Source: Antedon mediterranea
Lineage: Eukaryota; Animalia; Echinodermata
Direction of reading: 5' to 3'
DNA: 64,000 nt
Assembly: GCF_964355755.1 (NCBI RefSeq)
Contig: NC_092672.1
Location: 8,928,001 to 8,992,000, forward strand
A model generated the notes under the pieces. That model was not told the DNA's origin. It saw only the letters and a list, made by a program, of their open reading frames with translations, and ran no database searches. The number at the start of each line of letters is the position of its first letter. Position 1 is the stretch's first letter. Position numbers and translations under genes: made by a program. This document shows positions 25,401 through 36,715 of the stretch, in pieces.

Positions 25401-27270
25401 AACAGAGCGCGCTCGGTTGCTGACGATGTGGTAAGCATTCCAGGTATTTGGGTCCATTGGTCCTGTGCACTCTGAAACAGTCTAGCAAAAGAGAAAAAGC
25501 ATGCTCATACTGCATTGTAATTTGTATGTAGGTTTTTGTTTCTGAATTTATTGAATTTTTTTTTTAGGTGAAAAACTGTTTTCAAATATAACTTGTTCTT
25601 TCTATTTAATAAGTGCATTATGTGGTAGTAAGCAATCACCTCCAGTAAACAACCAAGGGAAATATCTAGAATTAAGAATTGCACGACATATCGGACAAAA
25701 TTGTTTGGCAATGGACTTGTCAATTGTATGATCCACTATACGACCCCCCGGAAAGTTGCATCATATACAAATAATTATTGACACAGGAGTGCGTAAAAAA
25801 ACCTAGGTGATCCGTACAATGGTGTGCCACCCACTATATAATAAACAACATGCTCACAATGAGTGCGTCATAAGTCACCTAAAGGTAAGACTGGTGTGTC
25901 AAGGTATTCATAAGGTATGATGCACATCGGACAAATGATGCACCTCTCCATGAGGTCTTATAGTGGTCATACAATTTTCAAGTGCATAACTTCTTGGTTG
26001 TCCACATACAGGTGACCGTAATATCATTGTAAAACTGGGAAGACAACATCACAAAAAGTGAGATGGTAGAACAAGGACACAATATGGAAGAAAAAGAACA
26101 CAAATAGGAACTGACTATTCAACTACCTCTAGTCTTAAATAGCTTCTTGTACAATATTGAAAATAAATGAAAATTACCATTTCCTCTGTACAAACATATG
26201 TGGGCCGTCCCTCTGCTTTTGATTGGCAGTTAAGTAGAGAAACACCCAACTTAGCAAGTTGTTCCTCTGTAATATGTTCACAAAGAGTATTCAAATCTGC
26301 AATTACCTGTAATAAATAAAAATATACTAATAGTAGAACACCTCATGGGACAACATTTAAAGGACCCCCTTAGGCATAAGGGGGCCCTTTTCCTGTGAAC
26401 AAACAACAGGAAATATATTCTTTAACACTGGCGTGGTTCTCTATTGAAATGTAAATTTATTATTTAATGTGATTTTTATGTAAATTTTATGATGTAAATA
26501 AATGTATTATTGTCTTTAGCATGTTGATGGAAATAAAGTTGAAAGTTTAAATACTCGACCGCGGTACAGTTGTTAGTACAGTACATTGTTGACTTGCATG
26601 CATTCATATGTGCTCCTGCCTATATATAGTATTATTTAATGATGTAACTTCTAAGTAGGTGAGGCCTAGCTAGCCTAGGAGAATTACTCAGTCTAATTAT
26701 TGGTTTGGCCTAAAAAACTAATATAATAGAGTATACTAGGCCTACCTACTAGATTAGAGAGTGGAATCCGAGTAGAAAGGGCAGGGCCTAACTAACTAGG
26801 CCTAGCCTAGTATAGGGCCCTATTTTAGGCCTAGGCCCTAGTCTATGAGGCCATTATTTATTCTTATTACTAATTAGGATAGTACGGCCTAGGCCTATAT
26901 GGCCCCTAGCTAGGCCCTATTATAATATTTATTTATTTAATTAATTCCAAGCAAGTATCTTACTTAAAAACCAATAAAATAAAGATATAGAAAGTTATTT
27001 CCAAACCTTATGCTGACAACTATCTAGTTCAGATAATTGGATCAATGCTGTTCCGCTTGCTAAAAACTTCTCTTCGACCGTTTTAAGTTCAAACGGTACA
27101 CGTTTATTCATCAAGTTCAGTGAAACCTCACCTCCCAGCTGGTGGTGGCCATGTTGTGGAGATTCATCAGGCCTAGGATTAGATTTACTCCAAATCCAAC
27201 TAAGAATACCAGCATAACCCTGTGAAAGTATACATGTAAGTATAAATATACTTAAGCTCTTATTCTTCAT
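19407..27270 (-). CDS. bmb: Protein brambleberry (Kar5/Gex1/Bmb family nuclear-envelope / karyomere fusion protein), 10 exons, about 637 aa
   Basis: Exons 27007-27270, 26178-26306, 25296-25481, 24333-24555, 23556-23672, 22871-23050, 21955-22161, 21092-21218, 20050-20400, 19407-19536 (1914 nt including stop). Features: signal peptide, Cys-rich lumenal domain (LSELDSCQHK...EEQLAKLGVSLLNCQSKAEGRPTYVCT...MDPNTWNAYHIVSNRARSVCY), coiled coil, hydrophobic TM segments, Ser/Thr-rich tail and C-terminal CTGVTKTGQPC...FCYRH. Confidence 0.92.
20883..21049. mobile_element. Palindromic MITE (family B)
   Basis: tagggagctttcaatttgcgactaccg ... cggtcgtcgcaaattgaaatcttccta; internal sequence related to 4520-4728. 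Confidence 0.7.
21297..21400. repeat. 34-bp minisatellite x3 in a bmb intron
   Basis: tacagtaattataccagacaata(t/c)tgtacaaatg repeated. Confidence 0.85.
22305..22600 (+). mobile_element. tRNA-derived SINE with a LINE2-like 3' tail
   Basis: gtggcacagcg..ggtcgaatcc..gtgtcctgaggcaagacact..cacccaggtgtacaaatgggtacc; 3' end gtgaagcgcttagatgc...tgctatataag..(tat)n. Confidence 0.78.
23327..23487. mobile_element. Palindromic MITE (family C, GTGGTTCCCACTAG TIR; Harbinger-like)
   Basis: gtggtttcccactagaacgtaacgcaagg...cgctagtgggaaccacgc. Related, rearranged copy at 61263-61500. Confidence 0.72.
23860..24008. mobile_element. PIF/Harbinger-like MITE (family A), full copy in a bmb intron
   Basis: agctctgtatatcctatcaaacttt...aaactagtttgatagtgtagacagagct with the same internal tgatgtgcccatat motif as 724-845. 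Confidence 0.8.
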
Positions 27271-27399
27271 AATTAAGCTTTTTATAATTATGTTTATGAC
27301 ACTTTATAAGCAGAATACGATAGCTAGCCTAGCCTAGCATGCAAAAACTAGCTGGCTGAGAAGATTTTAAATTTCGCAGACAATTTTACGGTTTACCAT

Positions 27400-27420
27400 G
27401 CAGCCAGAGCGCCACCAAGA
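27400..27420 (-). promoter_or_regulatory. CTCF-like GGTGGCGCT motif in the bmb promoter region
   Basis: gcagccagagcgccaccaag about 130-150 bp upstream of the bmb ATG; motif resemblance only. Confidence 0.3.
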
Positions 27421-30258
27421 TTTTAAGAGGACCAAAAGAATTATCTTGTAGGAGGATTATCTATAATAGGATCGTACTTTTTAAAAAAGACTGTATTATC
27501 ACACAAAATGAAAACTAATAATCAGACTTTTTAACAGGTTATTTTGACGTTTGATTAAAGTTAAATTTTTCCGTAAATTTAAAAAAAAGTAGGGAGGGGG
27601 GGGGGGGAGGGTTTGGTTTACGTGTTAATGACATAATAAATGGTTTTATAAATAATTATAATAATTGTTTTCAATCCAATATTGTGTAATAATTGAAAAC
27701 TGCTGTGTGACATTAAAATGGCACATTCAACAACAAACATATTACCTTTTTTCAGGCGGCCAACATCGTCTAGTCTCCTTGAAAAAATATGAAAGGAAGT
27801 GATCAAGATTCCGTCGGACGAGACCACTCATCATATTCAAACGACGAGTGACTCATGAGCCCGATCAGGATTTTTAAAACCAAGATTTTATTTTATAGAC
27901 ATTTATCAACGTGTTAAATACGTGTGTTACGTTTATAATATAAAATTAGGTATAAATTAAATTCCCAGTCAAAGTCAATCAATCGGATACTTAATTTTGA
28001 AATACGTAGACCTTTTTCATCGGCGAGCATTAATTATTTCTGATATTTTAGTATACAGTACTATTGTTAATGGTTCATTTATTAATTTTAAATTATCTCT
28101 AAAGCTATATTTTAAATGTCGGAGAGAAACTTTTTAACTTTTTAAAATGAAATGAATGTCTTGTTGTTATTTTAGTATATATTCTTGTTATTTGTAATTT
28201 TTGTGTTGGAGAGACACACCTTACCGGTGACAGCGTTTTGTTTAATGCTTTTGTCTCTCCTCGGCTTCGTGTCTTGTATTTCATATATATATATATTATA
28301 TTTCTATGTTTTTTGTAATTATTATTTTATGTTTAAAATAAAAAATAAAAAAGTAGGCCTACATATAATTTTATATACAATTTAAGGAGTACTGTAATTG
28401 AATTGCACTAGCTATTTGGCTTCGTGCCCACAAATGGTCCTCGAATACATAGTAATTTCAACGTAAAAAACGGAAAAAAAAAACTGGCGATTTTACAATG
28501 TACGTACCACAGGACTATAATACATTGTCGTCGTTTACAGAAACGAATAAATAGACACGATGAGTTATGTAGTCAACCAATTGGCACCCTGGGAATTACT
28601 TCCGACACTTGTCACAAAATGAGTTCACATTTTTATACATTATGGACAGGTCCACTTATTTTCAAGGGATATTCTGTGGTTATTAATTCAAGATTATGTT
28701 TTTTAATAAAGTATGAAAAGAATCATATTTTGTAGGTTTTTAGTTTTAATTGATTAATTTAAAAACTGTTATACTGCTATAAAAATCTATGTTTGCATTT
28801 TCTTCAGTTAACATTTATTTTTTTTAATGAATACAGATTATTTTAGAAGTGAATTTATTTTAATTTTAAATTATTATTTATCAACAGGTATTTAATCTCT
28901 ACAGTCATGGAAGAAAATATAAAAGAAAATTATCAGAATCAAATTCTTCAATGAACACATGATGTAATTTCGACAGTTTGAAAAAGAAAATTTATCGTGC
29001 AAATAATGTTTACGATTCAACATATTTTTATTTTTTACATATTTCTATGGTTACAAAAACATATTTTTAATAAATATTTTGATTGAAAATTGTGTATTTA
29101 TATTATACAATTAACTGGTAAAAAAATGGGCATGATGTGATTTATAATTTAATAACTATGTTAGATTTTGTCTATGTTTGCGATTAACCAACACACTTTT
29201 TTAACAAAACATATTTTCCATAAAAATTATTAAAAATCGTGTATTTCCCTTAGGAACTGAATGTACGAACCAACTTTATACCTCCATGTCATATACCATC
29301 GAGTACAAATTCTAGAAGCAAGGCGCGACTTACCGAATTTTGCCAAGTTGTAAATTTATATATAGGGCTAGATGAGAAGGTTCAAAAGTCGTCGTCAAAA
29401 CCTAATCACTTCAGGAAGCTGTGTAGGGCCTGCATTTACTGTGGATTGGAGAAGATAATTAAATGTTAAACGTTACGTAGACATAAAATCAATCCAATTT
29501 ATGTTTTGTTTTACACACATGATTAAACACAGAACATGGAAGTTTATTGGAAGAGTTTCATATTCCATTATCATAAATTCAGAAAACAGACATAATGGAT
29601 TAGTCTTCACGAGTATGTCGTCGTCAGCGTGAACTCGACTCGAGTTTCGTGAGCTGCATTTAATTTCCATATAATTCTGCTGCCAGAGTATTATCACCGT
29701 CATATTTATAATATTCATCAGCTTTAAACGGTCATCAGTTGGTGTAATATAATTTACGGTAAGTGGAATTTTATAATATACATGATTATTCTGCGAGAAG
29801 TACGCCTTTTTGACGGAAGAAATCATTTTGAATAAAATAAGAATTTTAAACAATGACTTCGATATTGAACTCCACGCTGATTAGGCTCGATATAGTTTTA
29901 CACGGGGTATCTTTATTTAAAATTTGCCAACTAACGGAGGCTCGTATAACATTTTTTAGTATAACATGTTTTCATAAAAAATCAACAGGATATCACTTTT
30001 GATTAAAACAAAATGTCTGACCTCCGTATATGCAATTGGGGAAAACTATTAATTAATTGGAAATCCGCAGCCATTTTTAGTATGCGTTGACGAATCCGAC
30101 GAAACTACATACGTAAAAATCTGATCATGGATTCCTCCATGGTATGATACTGTTTGTTTATTTCGATATTTGCTATATTCTGTTATATTCATAGTCTAGA
30201 CTACTCTTTTAAGAAAATGGGATCGATCCAGAAAATGTCCCAAAGACTTGAACAGACA

Positions 30259-30331
30259 GTATAATCATGGAGTAAAGAATAACTCCATGGTATAATCATG
30301 GAGCTATAATTTTATAGCTCCATGGTATAAT
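30259..30331. mobile_element. Two adjacent micro-palindromes (24 and 28 bp, CATGGAG ends), each flanked by the 7-bp repeat GTATAAT
   Basis: gtataat-catggagtaaagaataactccatg-gtataat-catggagctataattttatagctccatg-gtataat. Probable P-superfamily footprints. Confidence 0.7.
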
Positions 30332-30780
30332 ACAGTTCGGTTATGGAGCGAGTGTTCAGAACAGCGATAACACTGCCTTACGGCGGATGTAAAAGATAAA
30401 AAGCCAGTACATGTCATGTGTCAAAATAAAAAGATACGTATAGGGCCTAGACATGGAGTAAAGAACATTTTTATTATATATCAAATTAAATTATTCTTTA
30501 CTCCATGGTGTATAGATATATACCCGTCGATTTCCATTAATTGTTGTATTATAGCCATATAACATTTTAAAATAAATCAGTGAAAATAATATATTTTTAA
30601 TGTATTCAAAACACACTTGCATATTTTATTTAACTTTAGTGAACTGTATGTTCAACCTTCAGTGCACAGAATTGTATTTCAGTGTGATTGCATTTAATTA
30701 AGCTCATAACGCGATTAAAACACAGTAATGTACCTAACACAGGATGAATCAGACAACTAACGAAACTGGAAAAGCAGGGA

Positions 30781-31485
30781 GAAATACACACAGTACTACG
30801 TACTAAACGGTGCAACCGGGCTGAAATACGATCTACTACGTACTAAACGGTGCAACAGGGCTGAAATACGATCTACTACGTACTAAACGGTGCAACCGGG
30901 CTGAAATACGATCTACTACGTACTAAACGGTGCAACCGGGCTGAAATACGATCTACTACGTACTAAACGGTGCAACCGGGCTGAAATACGATCTACTACG
31001 TACTAAACGGTGCAACAGGGCTGAAATACGATCTACTACGTACTAAACGGTGCAACCGGGCTGAAATACGATCTACTACGTACTAAACGGTGCAACCGGG
31101 CTGAAATACACACAGTACTAAGTACTAAACGGTGCAACCGGGCTGAAATACGATCTACTACGTACTAAACGGTGCAACCGGGCTGAAATACGATCTACTA
31201 CGTACTAAACGGTGCAACCGGGCTGAAATACGATCTACTACGTACTAAACGGTGCAACCGGGCTGAAATACACACAGTACTACGTACTAAACGGTGCAAC
31301 CGGGCTGAAATACGATCTACTACGTACTAAACGGTGCAACCGGGCTGAAATACGATCTACTACGTACTAAACGGTGCAACCGGGCTGAAATACGATCTAC
31401 TACGTACTAAACGGTGCAACAGGGCTGAAATACGATCTGATCTACTACGTACTAAACGGTGCAACCGGGCTGAAATACGATCTGA
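30781..31485. repeat. 40-bp tandem satellite, about 17 copies
   Basis: Unit tactaaacggtgcaaccgggctgaaatacgatctactacg, with 41-bp variants (caacaggg; atacacacagta). No unique spacers. Confidence 0.95.
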
Positions 31486-31691
31486 AACACAATACTGTAC
31501 AATAAAAAGGTACTGACAATTTAAAATATTAAGTTTAAAAACTAAATAAATAATTAATATCACATAATTTGATTATTCTGACATCGACTCTTGTCTGGAT
31601 GATATTACTTGTTTCCTTATTATTTTAATAACTCCAAACCGTAATTTCAATGTATTATTCAAATATACAAAAGTAACCATTCATTCTGCAT

Positions 31692-33355
31692 AGTTACTGC
31701 AGGGGAAAACTAATGTATTTATTATAGAGATAAAAGAAACAATGTAGTCGTATAAATAAGAATGAACAATCAATCCGTAATTCAAAAACGGTTTTCAATC
31801 AATTAGTATAATTCATAAACCTACTCGACGGTGCATGAATCCCATCAAATCGATATAGCAGACACAAAATGATAATGAAATATTCGGGTTTAAAGCAAAA
31901 TCATGTGTAATTCCCCTACTAAGCTCTAAATAGACATAATAATAATAATTTATTTGAAAACTACACTTTTGAAACAGTGGCACAATTATTGAATGAAGGT
32001 GCGTCCAGGGTAAGTAAAATAAAAGTTATAGAGAACAAAATCATTTCACAATAGGCATATTTATTTTTTAACAAAATTTATGATTTCAACAGTAGACTTT
32101 CAACTCAATTTCAATTCTTCCCGGGGGTCAAAGTAATTTCCGGGTTTAAGATAAGTTCACCTTGCAACAACCTGGTTTCAAATATTTTCTCTCTTTTATA
32201 CACAAGGGAGCAGTTAAAATAATAGATTTGACCCTAAAGGTGACTGGAAACAGGCACTTTCCATCAATCAATACAGTGTCCCTTTGGAAGACGAAAATAA
32301 AATCAGATAGTAGCTGGAGGTTAAGTTGGCCGGCCATTAGTCATAGCCATTTCAGTTTTTTTGTTTATTTTAAAGCATACCACGCGTGTGTCGTGTGAAG
32401 GTACAGTAGTTAAATAATAGAAATTATACTGCAAATTAATAAAGATCAAATTAAATATACGCCATAAAGAATCAGAATATATTGTGGGGAATAGTATTAT
32501 AAAATTACATAGATTTGATGATAAGACATTTATCGAGTGAAATCCCGATAGCTGAGTTGTATTGAGTAAGCTTGCAGGCTATCTTCCTGTGTCCCGTTAG
32601 GACCGAGATGTCTGCCCAAGTTGCAAGCCGTAATGTCTTCTTTCTTGGGCCCACTCTGTCACGGCAGTTAGTTTCAAAAGATGATTAAATTAAATAATGT
32701 ATTAATTAATAATTATTAGGATGGTATTCATTTGAATAAACGCCTCTCCAATAAAACATCACTTTGAATAATAAACTATCTAATAAACGTCCATCCACAT
32801 ATTTATAATAACACAATTATACTATTTGTAGTAGAATTCACCGCACTGTTACCTACAATTTACCAAGCATTTGTTATTCTTTTTTACCACTTTTCATATC
32901 TATTAGAGGATTTCATTTTGATTATAAATGTTACCATATTATTAAAACTAAAAAATTTAACATATATCCCTCGAATAAGCACCTCCCTCAAATGACCTCC
33001 GCCTCCCCAAAGGGCCCTACCAAACAATAAAAACTATACTTTAAAATGTTATTAATCATCTAAAACACTGTGAAACAAAGTAGTTTAGTTTTACGAATGT
33101 CAAGCATTTTCAATAATGGTAACCGACAGAAAAACGTATAAGGAGAACATTATCATTCCAAGAACCATCGTCTACACTTCCTAGAGGGGGAGCGAGCGAA
33201 GCGAGCTCACCCTCTAGTATTTACAAGGAGTTTGTTTCAATGAGTTTCGAACCCTAGCATCCCAGCCGGACAACAAGTAGCGCCTTTGTTGTATCAGTTG
33301 CTTCCCGCTGCTTCATTTCAAAATATACGTATTCTAATTAGTATAGGATGTGTAT
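31692..33355 (+). repeat. Left copy of a ~514-bp direct duplication (NXPE copy-1 upstream region), interrupted by a ~1.16-kb insertion
   Basis: 31692-32057 and 33218-33355 align colinearly with 43333-43846 (agttactgcaggggaaaac ... gtataggatgtgtat). Confidence 0.9.
32058..33217 (+). mobile_element. Helitron-like non-autonomous element
   Basis: Absent from the paralogous copy (ggca|tatttacaagg at 43683-43697) and inserted at an A|T site. Ends in a GC hairpin, gagggggagcgagcgaagcgagctcaccct, followed by CTAG. The 5' boundary is uncertain by a few nt. Confidence 0.72.
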
Positions 33356-34454
33356 CCCGTAGGAAAATACTTGATAGAATTCTATAGAAATTCTATAGAG
33401 TGTTTATAAGCGGAGGTCCAAGTGCCAAAATGATGCTTCGTTAACATGTCCCATTGCCATGTTTCTACACACTCAGCACACCAACTTTTTTTGTTAGCTA
33501 ATACCCTTAGGCACAATCACGAGGTTTAATCATCTATAAAATAAATCTATTTTCATCATAATCGGTTATGTATTACGAGGTGTGTCGTTGCAAATTTACT
33601 GCGGCCATCTTGAAATCCAAGATGGCGGAAAAAATGGCCGCCATTTTATAGTGATGCACTTTATTGTTCATAACTTAATAAATATTTGATGTATTTTGTT
33701 GACATTAAATGTTGATTAATAGCTAATTACATTATCTATTCAATAAAATATTTTTATTTAAATTTTATTGAAATTAAAGTACTTTTTTAAGCAAAAATGC
33801 AGAATTTTAGCAAAAAAATCAGCAAAATCTGTGATATACGATATTTATTATGTTAATTAAGGCAAGAAGCCATAATTATTATTTTTTTCAGATATACAAA
33901 AAAACTGACCCAATATATACTTTTAAAAAATGTGTAAACTAAATGTGCTTGTGAAAAGGCAAACATAAGTTATTAATTACGTTTGTGTACTTGTAGCAGG
34001 GATTTAATAATGTTGAGTAAAATTGTGAAGTTGAGGGCGCTATTTAAGTAAGATACAGGTACTCTATTTTCGGTTGTAACTCATTAAATACATAACCGAT
34101 TATGATGAAAATAGATTTATTTTATAGATAATTAAACATTCTTCCTTAATAATTATTTAAAAGTTATGTTAGATAATAAATACCTATAAAAAATGTGCAA
34201 AAATCCCCAAAAAAATTGACCCTTCTAAAGAACAATATCATACTCAAACTCAGAACATAGTGTAGTTGGGGAGCCAGAAAGGGGTTACCTGCACCCTCTA
34301 GCAAACTATGCCAACAATGTTTTTTTGCTTCCTTATATCAAAACAATTTTTTGCTGTTGGCCGAAAAAAAATTGGGATGCTTGGTCAGTACAGGGGCCAA
34401 AATATCAATAATATGATTAGTTAACTTGGTAACTACTGGGTGTATTGGAATATT

Positions 34455-35060
34455 TGTTGTGCAAAACTACTCAGAAGACCCATATTTTTATTCACTCTAA
34501 TGGGAAACTTTTGCCAAAAGTGGACAGAAACCCCTTTTCTGACCACTGGTCAAGAACTTGGCCATATGAATATCTCAGCAACAACTGGTCAGAAAGTGAT
34601 AATTGTGGTCTTAAATTACTCGCAATGTATATATTTATATTTGTTCTAATATAATAGAAATCATAAAACTGTCAATAAACCCCTAATTTTGACCTTTGAT
34701 ATATAGCCGGCACAAACATTTTGGGTTAGGACACCCTTTTCATATCTCAGAAATTGTTGGGTGGATATGGTCATAGTTGGTGTCACAATACTCAGAAGAT
34801 ACATATTTCTACTTACTTTAATGGACAACTTTTGCCAAAAATTACCGTGAAACTTTACTTTTGACCATTGGTCAAGAAAATGGCCATATCAATATCTCAG
34901 CAACCACTAGTCAGAAAGTTATAATTTTCGTCTCAAATTATTCGCAATATATATATTTATATTTGCTCTAATACAACAGAAATACACAAAATGTTAAGAA
35001 ACACCTTATTTTGACATTTAACCTATAGCTGGTACAAACATTTTTGCGTGGAGCACACTT
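34455..35060. repeat. Two diverged ~330-bp tandem units
   Basis: actcagaaga..catattt..taatgg..aacttttgccaaa..gaccactggtcaagaa..ggccatat..atatctcagcaac occurs at about 34468 and about 34790. Confidence 0.7.
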
Positions 35061-35124
35061 ATATTTTTAATAACTAGCGAATATTGTCTTAATATCAACA
35101 TATCAGTGATTGTTGAGTATGGTA

Positions 35125-35540
35125 CCGTAAATCTTCTAATTGTAACCCTGGGTTATTATTCTTCTGTTTTTTAGGGTGGGTTACTATTAGAAGTGGGGTA
35201 ACTATTAGAGTAGTGGGTTGCTATTACTAATCTTAAATTAGGCACCTGAAAATAGTAACCCACCCCCCAACTTTTCCGGTCAGCAACTAATAGCAAAATA
35301 ATAAAACAGTACGAATTAACAAATTAGGTTGAACTCCAACTTATTTTATAAACTCAAAAACACTCAATCCTCGCCCCCACTCCCGAGATCAACATGCATT
35401 ATCTCCTTATTTTCTAAATACGACTGCATCATAAGTTTTTGTGATTCTAATAGTAACCCCCATTATGGTTACTATTACTAGAGTAGTGGGTTACTAATCT
35501 TAAATTATTAGAGTGTGGGTTACTATTACAGGATTTACAG
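35125..35540. mobile_element. Tc1/mariner-pogo-like MITE
   Basis: TA|ccgtaaatcttctaattgtaaccc ... gggttactattacaggatttacag|TA, with internal gggttactatta repeats. Confidence 0.7.
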
Positions 35541-36715
35541 TATATATACTATGGACACTTTGTATCGGAAGTCATAAGTAGATACATACTTCATTCTAAT
35601 GAATAACGTCACAGTTAAATCACCAAGATAATTATTAATATTTAGTATTATAATTACGATCTAAACTAATCACTGTTTAACAATGGTTAACTCCGGTAAA
35701 TGCTATACAGTATACTGTTACATATTTTAAAACCATAGTTGAACAATAACAACAAATCAAAGTAACTGTAGTATGACTATATATTATGTTATAAAGAAAA
35801 TTGTTTATTTACTCGTCCTCCTTTTTGTTGAAATCACTAACTTATAATAATTTACATTGTACAGTTAACCTTAAACGTCATACTACTCGGTATATGTGAT
35901 TTGAATTAAAACTAAACATTAATAATTTAACAATTCTAAAGAACTTAGGTTTGTTTTGTTCAGATATTCCAAAAATTGATTTGTATTGATATAGGCCTAA
36001 GGAAGCAAAAAACATTAACAACATAGTTTACTAGAGGGTGCAGATGAACCCTTTCTGGCTCCCCAACTAGTGGGGCATTTCGTATTTAAAAGAACACTGA
36101 AAATGTTACCATTACCATACATATGGTTATGCTGACTGAACCAACCACTGTTCAAGTTGAATAAGCCATTATTTTCCAATGCTCCTCGATATGAGAAAGG
36201 GCACATCATTCAATGTTTTGAAATGTACGTAAAAGAAATTAAAGTAATAAAAGTAAATCGGTTAATTACGTTAAAACAGCTCATCAAAACGTTGTTGTCA
36301 ATTCCCATATAACAACAATTTAATATTCATGAATCTACCAAAAATCAAGTAAAATGGCAATAATGAAAAGAGGATATTAAGGTGTGTCATGTTATGAGTA
36401 ACAAAACTGTTAATGTTACTACTCATCTAATCGCGTCCAGATGACGATTTTAAATAAAAAAAAACTTTGAGAACCGCAAAGTTTGGTGGACCAAGGTCTG
36501 GATAAAAAATATATTCTTCAGTTGTGGTTCGCGATATGGCAAGTATGGTAGTCTCGTTATTATATTGTGCACCCTCCGAAAATGTCCATACTTTCAATTA
36601 GTAGGTTGATATACCCCAGTTTAAAGGCCCTTTAAAGAAAGACGATACTCAGCAATATACCGTAGGACAAATACCCTGAATGTAACAATCAAATAAACAC
36701 AAGTACTCCATTAAT

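Noticed and set aside
27752-27832. Possible C/D snoRNA on the minus strand (ATGATGA ... CTGA)
   Set aside because: It is intergenic, with no convincing terminal stem and no rRNA-complementary guide that I could recognise.
30781-31485. CRISPR-like array
   Set aside because: Units are contiguous and near-identical with no unique spacers, there are no cas genes, and the context is eukaryotic.
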